This document shows positions 25,301-40,300 of a stretch of DNA of 64,000 nt, one piece after another. Each line of letters starts with the position of its first letter. Positions within the stretch are counted from its first letter, which is position 1. The notes beneath the pieces are model-generated. The model saw only the letters and a program-made list of their open reading frames with translations. It was not told where the DNA came from and did not search any database. The position numbers were made by a program, and so were the translations under genes. This DNA is from Lytechinus pictus (lineage: Eukaryota), in NCBI RefSeq assembly GCF_037042905.1, contig NC_087262.1:17610001-17674000 (forward strand), in the 5' to 3' direction.

Positions 25301-28300
25301 TTGTCATTGCGTGTTTTTCATTGTCAAGAAATTTACCAACATCGTGCTGCACTCAACCCAGGTGAGGTAAATGGGTACCGGTAGGAAGTAATTCCTCAAG
25401 AAGCTGTAGACTAGCTTAGCAGGGGTAATATAGCAGCGCCTTGAGCACCTAACAAGGTCGATACGTGTGCCATATAAATCCTATATCATTATTTTTATAA
25501 TAAACAATGTATGCATATTCACCACTGGCATATTTTCATATCAAAATGTATTTGGGAAAGAAAAGAACAAAGTGTAATATTAAGATAGCGAGTTAAAAAA
25601 AATTGGAGTGTTCAGGAGGTCAAATACTGGTATATTGGTATTGCTTATCCAATGGTGTGAATAGAATATTCATGAATACAATCTTTCAACATTTAAGATT
25701 CTTTGTTTAGTTTTTAAAGCTCAGCATGGCTTATCTCCATCATACTTGTCAAATTTACGAAATGATTATAACCCACCCCGTAACCTTCGATCAAGCAAAC
25801 AAGTACTCCTTCAAATTCTTAATACCCACACCAGCTTTTATGGTAGCAGATCATTTGCTGTAGCTGGACCAACCCTTTGGAACAAATTACCCCTACATAT
25901 CAGACAGGCATCCACTTATTCAACTTTCAAGTCCTTGCTCAAAACCCATCTTTTTCTAAACTCATAACTAGGTGAAGTATAGGTAATTATTTTATTGGTA
26001 ATAATTGTAAGTTTAAATATTAAGTAATTCTGTAATTCACAAGTCAATTTTCTTTGTTTGTATTATATGTATTTTGTTTCCTTTATTGTAAAGCGAGTAG
26101 AAGAACTTTCAGTTTATTATGCGCTATATAAGAGAAGTATTATTATTATTTTTATGGTAAAGTACAAGTTGTTTTAGTTATTGATACCAAGCCTTATGAA
26201 ACGGAGTAGTGGGAAGCATTTCATGAAACAAATAATCAGTGATTGTCACCAACTATAGTTATAAGCTACTGAAATTCTCGCATCTGATTGGCTCAGAGCA
26301 AATTTGTCAATTAAAATCGCTAACAATGAAACGCTCCAATGAAGATTTACCTTGGTTGTCATAGAGAGTGTGGCGCCGTTATCCAACAACACCCTAGCAA
26401 CGTCTTCCTTGCCTTCGCGAGCAGCGATGTGCAGAGCAGTGTAGAGATCCCGGGTCTGGGCATCGGGAGACGCCCCGTTGTCGAGCAGCAACTTGACGAT
26501 CTCCGCGTTGCCCAGGCGAGCAGCGATGTGGAGTGGGGTCTGGTTCTCATGGGCACGGGCGTCAACCTTTGCCCCGTTGCTTAGCAACACACGGATGACC
26601 TCAATCTGGTTGGCTCGGGCGGCCAAGTGGAGAGGAGTCTCGCCACGCTATGATACAAGGAGATTAACATTTAGCATGGGAACAATAACATTTGAACAAT
26701 TAATCAAGCTCACTCCTTTTCTAATTTAAATTGTTTTTCAAAAGAAACATTATAAAAATTAAAAAGAATTGTCTTCATAAAAAGGAAGACTGAAATTGAC
26801 ATCTGTTTGATTGTTATACTTAGTATATTCCTCTTTCATGAGTATCTCTAAATATTAATATTCAACTGTGATTTCATTTCACATAAATGATAAAAATGTA
26901 TATTTGTAACAAGGCATTGATTTGGTAAAATTTATCAACCCTATACAGTTTTATCAGATAGCATAATCGTTGTTGCTACTGCTTTTAATAAAGAACAGTA
27001 TAAAATGAAAAATCCATTAAAATAAACAACCCTTTCTCAAAAAGATTGACCAAGACAAACTATTTGGCCGAGTATCAAAACCTACCACATTGGTCTCGTC
27101 AACACCTCCGCCGTTTTTGATGAGGTACATCACGATGTTGATATTGCCCATGAATGCGGCAACATGCAGAGGAGTAAGGCCAGACTGTTGGGATGCAAAC
27201 AAACAAACATACCAAACATGGAAATGGGTAGGTGGGACTGGACTAAAGATGAGAGAGGTACAAATATAATTATGTAATATATGTCAATGATGAACTCTGC
27301 TGTCCAGGATGCTGGTTCCAATCAATCTATCCTTTCATTTCAATTTCCAAAATTATTTTTCCAAATTTCTAATTTTCATTTTTAATTTTGGCAATTTACT
27401 TTTTAATATCAATTTCTAATCTCTTAGTTGTTTTTTTTAAATCCAATTTTCACTTATTCATTTTTTTCTATAGATTTTAGCATGTTGCTTGAAATCATTA
27501 CAGTTACATCTCACTGATTGAATTTTTTCAATTTATTTATTTATTACTTTTACTTTGTTTGGGACCAGTAACCATGACAACAAATCGGCATGACATCAAT
27601 GCTAACGCACTTTATATACCGGTCTAAGAATGTATTAGTTCATCTGATTGATATCAAAGCAGATGTAAACTACACATGGATTTGTCCATTCTTCGAAAAG
27701 GGGAGTATATATATATCATCCTAATGATGGGATATGAATCTCAACAATTCCATATACAAATGAAGAAGTACATGTTTATAAAATGCAAGTAACACTTTTG
27801 GGGTCACACTATTAGAGATCAAGATTTAAATATATATGTTAGTCTCAACTATTGCACATTATTTGAATATTCTAGTGATCTAATACACAGGATTCTGGAT
27901 CAGTTGAGGTAATAGAATATGAAGGAATTTCTTAGGAATCTACTTCAATCAAATGAGCAGATTCTAAAGCAAAAATCACTCTGTAAATAAGCCAAAGAAT
28001 TATCTGACTGTGATCATAGAACCATGCAACTTGGACAAGAAGAATATTAACCTGAAAGTACTACTCCCAAATAGTTACGGTATTATCGGTAAATACTAGA
28101 CTAAAAACTTTGAATAGCCATTTGTAGAAATTGAATATTGCTCCTCCATCTAAAAAAAAAAAGGTAAAGTACTGAATAGTATTGAAAACCCACCCCAAAA
28201 TGAAACTTTATCAACATGCCAAGATAAGCATGAGAGTCCCACAATTAGGGGCTCTTGCCAATCCCCTAAAATCTCCTTCCCAATCCTGCACCACAGCATA

Positions 28301-31300
28301 TCCCCCATGTACATGATACACAACAATCTATTGCCAAGCAGTGAACTCCTTATCTAACATCTCACACATTGCTGGCCTTTGTGCTTAATTCACTCTTTTT
28401 TTAAGTACGGAGATACATGTATATGGGAGGGTGTCCACCCCAGAAAAATGTTAATTTGAATAAATAGAGAAATATCAAACTAATAAAACGCTCAAAATTT
28501 CATCAAAATTGGATGTAAAATAAGAAAGTTATGACAATTGTTTTTTGCTTATTTTCACAAAACAGTGATATGCACAACTCAAATGAGGAAGTCGATGATG
28601 TCCCTCACTCACTATTTCTTTTGTTTTTTATTGTTTGAATTATACAATATTTCATTTTTTATAGATTTGACAATAAGGACCAACTTGAATGCATCACATA
28701 GTATTAAACAATGCTCATTCCATATGTTAAGGGAGGAATTAATTGTTGTTTCACTTGAAAATGAGGAGAAAATAGAATATTCCCTATTTCATATTATAAA
28801 ATACAAAAGAAATAATGAGTGGATGACATCATCAGTTTCCTCATTTGCATACCCACTAGGATGTGCATATAACTGTTTTGTGAAATAAAGCAAAACTTTA
28901 AAATGTCATAACTTTCTTATTTTACATCCGATTTTGATGAAATTTTCAGTGTTTTGCTTGTTGGATTTTTCTCTTTTTATTCAAATCAACTTTTTGTTGG
29001 GGTGGACTTTTCCTTTAATGAAAAGCATGCTATAGACCTACCTCGGTGATGGCCTGTACAGACGCACCATACTTCAGCAGAAGTTCAATGACCTTGACTC
29101 TGTTCTTCTTGCAAGCAATATGAAGGGGAGTGAATCCATTCTACAAAGAAACATAGGAAGCACGCAGCTTTTATTTAACATCCAGAAATCTGCTTCTGCT
29201 CCTCAAATTGGCAACCCACATTAATGTTCTCATGATTTTCAGACTTATATAACGATTTAACAATGTAACAAATATAACAATGGATATGGCATCAGTCAAA
29301 ATGTATAACAGCTCAAACTCAACAAAAAGTTGCCAATTTGCATATTTAATAGTGATTTTATTGTTTTCATCATGATGCCAATTTGGAGTGTATAATGATT
29401 AAGTCTTTAATTCAGGAATGGCAACATATAGTGCAAACAATATGAAGGGGTATGAATCCATTCTACTCAGGGAATAAAGAAATTCTAAATTAAACAATGC
29501 AAAGAAATTGTTTTTGTTTGTGTGCATCCTTCAAATTTTTTGGAGAAAGTATAACTGGCAGATTGGCCAAGATGATGTGACTTACCAGAGCTCTGGCCGA
29601 TGGGTTGGCCTTGCGATCAAGCAGCAGTTTGGCTACCTTGTGATGACCACAATGAGCAGCAACATGAAGAGGGGTCAAGTAATCCTGAATGGTCAATCAA
29701 AAACATAAAGGTAAAAAATTACAATTGAACTAAAGGTAATGATCCTCACTTTAGAGTCAGCTTTTTTATATCTTACGCCATTGTATTAAATCAGCGCGTA
29801 AATTATGGGAAGCTGAAGATATTAATATTTCATTTATTCTTATGATCACTTTATTCTCTCTCATAATTAAAAGATAAATACCAGTTGTGATAACGATCTC
29901 AAAATAAGCTTGAACAAAATCCAATGAAACTACTACCAAAGTGTTTGCATGAATAAATAAAAAATATGTGCCAAATAGCTCTGGAAGGAAATGCGTAATT
30001 GTCTGGCATTTTTCCAAACAATATTAATACGCTGTCCCACATATGCTTTTTTGTGTTAGTGATCATCAGAATTACCGGTTTACAGCTAAAGATTTCATAA
30101 TTTCACAAAGCTAAGTTTATTTCAATGTACCAGATTTAGATCTACATATATGATAATATTGTGGCAATTTAACCTTGATTTTAAAGACTTTCTCATGAAA
30201 TAATTGTTCGCTGCAACTTCTTTCTATTACCTATTATAAAGTCAGCACATAAATTATGGGAAGCTGAAATCAACATTTTATTTATTCTTATGATTATTTT
30301 ATTCTCTCTCGTGATTTAATGATGAAGTAAACTATTTTGGTATCATTCCAAAATATTTCTGCTGTCTTGCTTGATCCATATTCTTTTTTTTTTAAAGAGT
30401 ATTTTGGACTGTCACATTGGACATTTGGAAAGTTGGACTTTCCTGTTGTAATTACTCACAAAGAAAAAAAACACGATAGGAATGTGAACTTACGACGGTG
30501 ACATCATCAACAGGGGCGTGGTGGTAGAGAAGGAGTCTCGCACTGTCCACATGATCTCCTTGGGCTGCCATGTGAAGTGGGGCAAGTCCATTCTGTAAAG
30601 TAGGGGAAATAAAGGGTTATGAAAAATCAAAATGATAATTAAAACAGCAACAACCAGGAAAAGAAAACTTAGAAATAGTGACCGTAACAATTTAGATCAA
30701 TCTTGACTACCATCATGAGATTGATCTTTATTTTGATTTAAATCGATTGCAGTACTGTATGAGATGGGCCTGGTGTTATGGGGCCATGGTAAATAAATAT
30801 ACATGCCTTGCCAAAGTATGTCAGTGCTATGTTAGGGACTGAGCACATAATTGAAATTTGCATGGATGCCTAAAGAGGCTTAGCTGAGATGCAACTTTTA
30901 AGGTATATCCACACTTTCATCAAATCCGATGTAAAACAATTGTTAGTATGATGCGTTACATTAATAAAATAAAATCTTAATTTGACTTAGAAATAAACTT
31001 TATACTGATAAAACCCCCATTCCATGGAGGGCAAGACCTCTGAAAGATCATGAAACTTGCTTGATCTTTCAGAGGTATTTCAATCAACTTTCAACAATCT
31101 CTGAGGTCTTTCATAATTCCTTATTGATCTTTCAAGGATCTTCGTGGTCTCTGTGATCTCCAAAACTTTTTGAAACAGTTCAAAACAGTCTTTCAGGAAA
31201 ATGGTATTTGATGGTATTTCAGCAGTCTTTCAGCGGTCTCTTAATAAACTTTCAAAGTTCTTATTAGTCTTTCCAAGATCTTTTGAGAGTCTCTCAAGAT

Positions 31301-34300
31301 TTATGAGGAGATCACTGAAAGACTCATGAGAGATCATTAAAAGATCATTGAAAAACCAGGAAAAGTCCATGGAAAGAATTATGAAAGATCACTTGTTGCA
31401 TAAAAGTTCTCTGAAAGAGCATTAAAAGATCTATATAAGACATCTCACCTTTGTCTTGGCTGAGATTGGTGCTCCTCTCTCAAGCAGCTGATCAACACAC
31501 TGCTCATGTCCACTGCGTGCTGAGCAATGAAGTGGTGTCAAGCCATCCTGTATAGAGAATGCATCACCAGTCGACATGCAAGTTAAAAAGTCCTATGCCT
31601 CCAACAAATGAAAAATGGCTCTGGAGAATGGCTCTACACTTACAAAAATCATTAAAAATGGGAGTTTAGCTGGATTGATGGATTCAAAATAATTTTCAGA
31701 TACTGATCACAACTATTTATTAAAATTATTTATTAAACTCATTGTGTATTCCATTTCAGGGCAGGTTATTTCAAAACTTTATTATTTCATATATCAAGCA
31801 CTTTCTACTGTTCTTTGAAATATATTGATTCAGTATTATCAATTCAACAACAACTTCAATGTTATTTCCTCAGCAAATTTTCAATGAAACTGAGCTTGGT
31901 AAACATGATACAATGACCTGACATCTTGTGGTTTAGTTGATCAGTAAATGTACATATAAATTGAATAGTTAATTGATATATCAATTAAATGAATTTTGGA
32001 AGGTAACTTACCCTGGTCTTAGCGTCAATACACGCCCCTCGGTCAAGGAGGGTGTTGACCATATTGACACGCCCCCACTTGGCTGCAACATGGAGGGGTT
32101 TTATATGGTTCTAGGAAAGAGAGAAATATGAAAAAACAATGGCTTTATCATTTCATGATGAATGAATCATTTTAGGGTGGTGGTGATGATGATGGTATTG
32201 GTGGTGATGATGATGGTGGTAGTGGTGGTGGTAGTGATGGTACTGGTGGTGATGGTGACGGTGGTGGTGGTGGTGATTGTGGTGGTGGTGATGGTGGTGG
32301 TGGTGATGGTGGTGATGGTAGTGGTGGTGGTGATGGTGGTGATGGTAGTGATGGTGGTTGTTGGAGTTGGTGGTGGTGGTGGTGATGATGGTGATGAAGG
32401 TGGTGGTGGTAGTGGTGGTGACAGTGATGGTGACAGTGATGGCGATGATGACGGTGATGTGGTGATAGTGATCAAACTTGACAGCATGGATCAATTACAT
32501 TCAATTTCATAAAATACAAAGCAATTATATACATTAAAATGTGGCTGGGGAATTATTGTAAAGCTTATGACTTGCAGAATTGTGATTTTCCTTGTCAAAA
32601 ACAAAGGTGATATCTTCAATTAGCCCCATATCATTTAGAGCTTCCTAGAAAAACAAATAGCCTCAAAACAACAAAAAATCAAACTTGAATCCAAACACCC
32701 ATTTTTTTTTAAACATCTGAATGATTGTAAATCTCACCCTTGCATTATAATCCACTGAAGCTCCTTTCTGAAGAAGAAGTGTAGCTACGTTGACATGACC
32801 ATAGTGAGCGGCAATATGCAGTGGAGTGAATTGACTCTGTCAAAGAAAAAAAACAAAAATCATTCATTTAATCATGAAATCACAAGAATTATTTTACCAA
32901 ACTGAAGAATGCGATAAACAAATATGACTATAGTATGATGATTATTTATATCACTTTAATCTTTTTTCTTGAAATGAATTGTCATTTTAACTTTTAGCCT
33001 ACCACTGCTGATGATTTTTCTTTAATGTTCCTTCCAATTCAATTTGTTTATCATTTTTTTCTTACCCAAAATAAAGTAACCCCCTCCACACACACACCAA
33101 CCCTTCTCGCTCCTTCCAACCCCCAAAATGGCCAGTACAGCCATGGTGTAATGTTATTAATCAACAGAATTCTACAACCATCCCAATTATTTCCACATTT
33201 CTTGGATGAACATATGCTTTGTTTCTGCCCCCCCCCCCCCCAAAAAAAAAAAAAACATTATCATTTGATGACAGCATAGTTTTTTCTACGTAATGCTGAC
33301 TGAAGCCTGAAAAGAATATACTCTATTTTTTCTTTCCTTGTTAATTATCACATTCATTATCATTATCATTTGTTTGGCGTCACCTGTGCCTAGGCGGAAA
33401 AGCGAACTGAATCACTGTGACCCGCAGGTCTTTTCTCCCGATATAACTGATTGGGGGAGCGCAGGTGGACCACTACACCGAGATTTCCCCCTACTCTTAT
33501 ACGAATAGTGCAGTGGGTTCTTAACGTGCAAAGGTGGTGACTCTCCTCTACACGGGGCCTCCATTTTACGTCCTATCCGAGGGACGAAGTGTTTTCCACT
33601 GTAACATAGCTTGCATCTATGGAACAGGGGAAAGACGTTTACACACAAAGCACTGGCTTCAGTCATCTGCCCGGGATGGACTCAAACCCACGATCTTTGG
33701 TTCAACAGGCAGACGCTTTAATACCGACTGAGCCAACTTCGCTCTCTCATTCATTTGTTGTATTCATTCCAAGAGCATGTTGTATAGAATGACTAATGAT
33801 CCCACCCCTCCCACAAATAAGGTAAATAAATAATACCTTGGATGGAACGTCTGGATTGTGTCCATTTTGTAAAAGCAGTGAAGCGGCCTTAGTATCGTCC
33901 TTACGGGCAGCGATGTGAAGGGCAGGAAGCCGAGTCTTACCCGCACGATCGTTCTCCAGCAGGACAGCAACGACCTTGTCATGACCTTGCTGAAGGGCAA
34001 CCGCCAGCGGTGTAAACCCATCCTAATAAAAGAAAGATATGAGGTTTTCCCATATTAAGGCAAAGCAATAAATGGTCTTAATTATTTATCATAGGTTGAG
34101 CAAACCACAAAATACATACTGATAAGAAACTAAATTTTTCAATTCAAATACATCTTTTAACTCAGCTAGAATAAAGAAGATCTTTATGTAAATGAAAGGG
34201 ATGTACTGAAATTGAATTTGCTTCTTTTCTCCTAAGATAAAATGAGCGAAATTCTTGTAATTAAAATAATTGTTATCAAGAAATCAATAACTTATTTCAG

Positions 34301-37300
34301 AGTTTTAAAATGATGAATCAAAAGAATCATTTCCATTTGTGGTCATTTCTTTCCGTTAAAAAAACCCACCATGATGTCATTATGGATTTATGGATATTAA
34401 AACCTGTCATCAATTTATTTGGAAAAAAAAATCAAAACAAACAGAGACCTGCATATTTCAAATGCACTTAATCAATGAATGCAATTAATACAAATTCTAT
34501 AACGCTGGTAAAAATTTTCCCTTGCTTACCATGCACCTTTTCAGTGTAATAATGCCAAAACATTCTTTAATCATAATTCATAACAAAATGTTAATAATAA
34601 CTAGGAAAGCTCTAAAATTTGACATGCGAGATATTAATAGACTACTCATTTAATAATAAATCATCTCTACTGAGACCAAAATTCATCTTCCAATTTAAAT
34701 CATTCAATTCATTTTTTTCAAAAGGGACTTTGGATTATCATGATGAAACGATGGAACTGTTACACGATAATATCACTTTAACCCGAGGGAGACTGAGCGG
34801 CATGAATGCGGGAAGGTGTCTAAGGAAGACACATTCATTTTCCAATGAGTTTAAGCTTGCACACGGGTTCAAACGGCGTGTTTCTACAGAGAATCATTAA
34901 ACGGTATTACCAGCGTAAGTATCCTGAATTCCGGAAAACTTCCCTGTAGAAACAGACGTGATGTGGTTTATTGATAAACCGCATCACGCAAAATACGGTT
35001 TCTCATAACCACCTCTGGGAGGTAGTTATTGCCGTGTTCCGCGATGCGGAATGTGAGTTCATCGGATTATTCGCTCTGGAGAAACAGGTTGGTTTAAGGG
35101 CGATATGGTTTTATGATTCCGGAAAAAATAGCTGTTATTAACAATTCTCTGTATAAACACGCCAAAAGTCATCAACTTAGATTCGCTTTGAAGTGCTTCA
35201 GGTATATTATCGTGTCCCAGTCCACCAAATCAACAGAATAATCTAAAAGGTCCCGAAAATAATGTCTGCATGCACTGATCACATACATGTATGATTCTAT
35301 TCACAGCAATCCTAAGATCATATCCTGTTGTCAGTGTTAGTTAACATGCATGATGATGATGTGACGATGTTAACCCATTGCCTACTGGATCCTGTAATTC
35401 CCATATGCTTATTAGGAGAGTCCAAACAGTTCCAGTACACAATGGGTTAGGTGTACAAACTAGAATTGTTAGAAACTCGTGAAATTCATGCAGTTCACTG
35501 GAAAAAAAAATCATTCAAATGACAGTCAATATCAACAGGCATTCATGCTGTAAATCAATCAATGAACATGTGGCATTCCATACAGTGTTGATGGCATTCC
35601 ATAGTATTTGCAGCATCGTCCCACTATTTTTCCAAATGATTTTGCTACTTTATTAATTACTGGTCTTTTTCTTAATTTTTGTTTAATATTCACATGATTT
35701 TCATGTTTCCTGTAATTTATCAACAAAACATTTTGCATAAATTTAAATCTTTTAAGTTAGCACTTAAATATCGGTAATGTTTCATTTAGATTAGCTATCA
35801 AAAGTAAAATCAAATTTTCTAAGTTAAATATCCTGATGCACTGCAATTGGAAAAAATAGCAGGGTGGATGCTGTATGCATTCTAGCATTGCCAATTTACT
35901 AAGCTGCCGGCACACGGTTTATAAATACTGATTTCACCTGTATACCTTTGCATCATAGTCAAAATGAACGGTCTTAGGCATGTCCTGATGTGTAATAAGT
36001 TAGAGAGTTCATTCCATACATCGAGGGAAAAAAATATGTGGCAGGGCATACGGTATTAAATGCCCTTAAAACAAGACCCCCCCCCCCCTTCCCCATTTTG
36101 GCTGATCTTCATCTTCAAATGTGAATGTGAACATTAAAAAAAATGAAAATAAGAAAAAGTATGACCAAGTTGTCTCAACGTGGTAAATGCAACATCCCTT
36201 CGGATTGAATAGAGGGATAACCAGATTACATTAAAAGTAAATAAATAAATGGGTTTTTTAACTAAATCACCATGACAATTCCGGGGGAAAAATATCCCAT
36301 TCCAATTGAATTTATTGGTCATAGGATAAAATGAATTTCAAATGTTTTGATCTGATCGTCACCCCAGGCTGAAGAGCAGCCATCAAAAAGGCACATTTTA
36401 ATTTTAATGAATCGCCAGGAAGGAATTTTGATTGAAATGAAAATAACTCACGAAGATTGTAAATCTAAATGTACAAATAATGTAAACAGGATGAATAAGA
36501 CGCCAGTTCATGTATCACAATGCATGCCAAAAATGCATTTAAAGTGAAAAATTGAATATTTACAATTTAATATTTTAGAATTTTTAAAATTCATCTTGCA
36601 GAATGCTATATTTAAGTTTATGACCAATATAATTCTTCAAATCCTGAAATATTACTTCGAAAACCTGTATTACATGTTCTATTTAAAAAAAAAACAGAAT
36701 TGTATTTTATGACAAATTTCTTGTCTGAATTGTTACTTGACATTTTTAATGGTCTATAATTCAGGATTATATGTGAGCTTGTAACATTGTACTGAAAAGA
36801 ATGTTCAAATTTCTCTTCATTTGGATGAACCCTCTCCCCCCCCCCACCTCTACCGTATTATCTATTTCATATAGAGAAAGCATTGATTGCCCTCAATTAC
36901 ATTTCATATTCCTCTTTAATATTCCTAGAAGAATGTTAACCATGTTCTCTAATAAGGGATCACGTACATGAAATTAATATTTCATATGAATCAAAAGAGA
37001 AATCATGAAATTCTTGTTTTTCTTGATTAGCTAAATATTTGAGCTCCCAGTTAATGAAAAAACCTACATAAAACAACATTGACAAAAAACAGAAAACTCC
37101 AAAACAAACTTTGGTATGAAAACGAAATTGAACACAAAATAACGTAAAAGATGAGATTACAAACAACCAAAACGTGCTATACGCCATCGATAACACACAA
37201 AACATGTGGATACAAAACAACTGAAAACATTTAAAGACAAAATGAAAAAGTGAAAGAAATGAGTGATTGATGAGTGAACATGCATGGTTAAAGTGCGGAC

Positions 37301-40300
37301 GAGATTTAAGATCTATGATTAAAATAGAAAAGTTAAGATTAAGTTAGAATAGTGGAATTGCAGGGCAGAATGTAAGAAAAGCATTATGCTGAAGCAAAAT
37401 TTCATGTAGTGGTCATGATTTGATTAGTCCCCCCCCCCCTCCCCCATAGGAAAAGGGTTGGTAATATCTCATTAGTTTTAACATTCTAAGATGTCTTCAA
37501 GTTCTCTGAATTATAACTATTCTATATGCTGATTATCTTGTGACTTTAATATAGTTACCCATAACCTGACCCAAAGCTATTGCCAAGAGATAAATTGTAA
37601 TTGTATTAAGTTTCTCACTACCATATTATTATGAATACAAAACAAACCTACATATTCAAAGTTAAAATGTTAGAATTTAAAAACCAAACTCACTACTCAA
37701 AAGACATCATTTGAAAATTTGTTGCACAGTGGTACAAAAAGCAACGATTTCTTCCTCATGACCTGTTTTCCACGTGTTCAAAATGATATATTTTTAATGT
37801 GCTTCCTGGTTACTTTTTAACAAGTGTTTTGTAATGTAAAATAAAAAGTTGGTAAAAAGTGATCAAAAGTTTTTCTCCTTCATGACAGTGTTTCTTCCTA
37901 AATGTCGATGGAATCTTTATCCGATCCTCAAATTGGCTCTGTTCTATTCACAAATGAAAAATCACTGATATGCAACTTCAGCTCTGAATCACAGGAATCA
38001 TGCGAGGCAGGCAAGTCACAAAGTCACCTTCTCACGACAACGCACAACACTATCATAGGAAAAAGAAAATTCTATCAAACTACATGAATCCTCTCCTTGA
38101 TAGAGAGAAAATGTGAGGAGAAAATAAAGAAATAAACAAACGAAATAAACAATTAATATACAACTACCACAAACAGATGATGCAGACTCATATACTAAAA
38201 GACTAATGAGACTCAGCTGACAAAGCCCATCCTATTAGTGCATCAGTTGGTGCCGAAAGAGAAACATAATAAAGACACTTGGAACCAAACAAAATGGCGG
38301 TCTCACCTCCGATTTGTTCGGATACTGGGGTCGTGAGTGTTGCAAGAGCGTTTCCACGACAATATCGTGACCCTGCTGGGTCGCGACATCTAGCGGCAAA
38401 AAGCCGTCCTACACTCACCATGCAATTGCAATCGAAAAAAAGGGTACAAAAAAGACGTGGAAAAAATTGACAAAATATGGATATTTAGTGAGTTTAAGCT
38501 TGTGACCTTTGAGAAAACATTAATATTAAGTTCACACGCATTCGATCATTCATTCACATGTAGAGGCTTTTCAAAATCTGTCCATTCCGATGAGGAGAAA
38601 TTAGCAGAATTATTTCAGCCATGCATATCTCAGCAAAAAGAGATTGTTACATAGCATCGAATGCAGACAAATTCACACACATTAAATCACTGCTTGGTGA
38701 GAAACAAAAGCAAAAATCAATATCTTGAAGTAAAATTTTACTACCCTGCCCCCCCCCCTTTCATTCATAACCTGTCTTAAAGAAATATATATATTAAAAA
38801 TGTAAATGAACTTAAAGAACATATATTCTGTTTATTTCAATTCATAATCAGAAAGAAGCTTTTCTGGAGTCAAATCTATTACAAAGAGATTTTAGGTGAT
38901 GTATGACGAAATGGTGAAGGATGAAAAAAGATTACTACAATTCCAATAGCCATTCTTATGGTTCTTCTTACTATAAGAGTATCAAAGTTGGTTCTTTTTC
39001 TATTTTTTTCTAAATTACTGCTGAAAAAAATGTTACTATATATCAGGCATGATGAAATTCAATTTTTTTTATTTAAAGCTATTTTATATTAGGCCTACAT
39101 AAAAAGTTTGTGACAGAGATTGGGTGATTGAGAATATTACACTATTCACAGGAAGAAAACTATTTCATAAGTAAACCATTTTTGACAATCTACTCCCTAA
39201 AAGAAACGAAAAGAGACAGTTTTACATTCTCACTGAAAAATAAAAACAAACTTCGCTTGTTTTGTTTATGAATGTGTTTTTGTTCTCATTTAAAAAAATA
39301 TATAAGTCTGTTGATAAATTTCTATTAAATAGCCTATAAATAAATAGAAGAATAATCTTCTTGTATCTATATATACATGTATCTTATTGCCAATGCCCCC
39401 CCCCCCTACAAAAATTCACCATGTGTTATTTTCACCATACTTATAATGTCACTTTTAACTGCCAATTTGAATCTGATATTCAGTAGTGATTTGTAATGCT
39501 GGAACACACGGGATAGTGTTTGGGATATCAGGGTTCATCAATTAAATAGTATTGGAATTTTGTAAATAATTCTGGGGGGAAGAAGAAAATAACTTTACGA
39601 ACAACAACATCACAACTGACTCTCCACAATAATTTTACATAAATTTTTACTAAAATTTCCATGGAAACCACCTCTTTAACATATAACAATTTGCATCATC
39701 ATATTGTCCATACTGTCTTTGAATTCCTAACATCAAACCATCAAAAACTGAACAAATGATATACCTACTTCAAGCTAGAAATCATCAGAATACCATGTTT
39801 GTGATTGTACGGTTATTTTGGAATGATAGATCATTAATGCATGACAGTTTTACAAACTAACACAAAATTTAATTCAAGCATTCTTTAATGAGAACAAATT
39901 CATTTCCTGAAGCAGTCAAAGCGTGTATGCCATGTAATTTCTTGAAATTTATTCCTTTGGTGATAAATTTCCCTAAATGGATCAAATGTAACAGTGAAAT
40001 GTCCAAGGCCTAGAACACAAGAAGACAATCACACATTGACACCTTTACACATGAAACAATATTGTAAGAACGCAAATCCTCATGAACAAATACCCTACAT
40101 TGACATGAACAAACGGATAAAAATAAACTATGATGAAGTGGTCAGTATAATAGACCAGACTGATTTGACTCTAATCTTTCTCAAACTATCAAGACACCTT
40201 CCCTGATTTTGACATTACACCTTCATATATTTGATAAACAATTACCATGAAATTTTAAAATATCATGATATATTTTTGTCTTATTTGATTTTATGAGTCT

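Noticed and set aside
25236..25310. tRNA gene
   Set aside because: Degenerate tRNA head of a SINE without a full cloverleaf; the same applies at 33670-33740
32153..32512. His-, Thr- or Val-rich ORFs
   Set aside because: Trinucleotide microsatellite
36960..37220. Hydrophobic 86-aa ORF with in-phase acceptor as terminal exon
   Set aside because: Hydrophobicity is explained by T-rich composition; the 38095 acceptor is closer and stronger. Not fully excluded.
38203..38421. ORF-track peptide [12 protein letters not shown]
   Set aside because: Wrong frame; a different frame encodes the ANK-repeat duplicate
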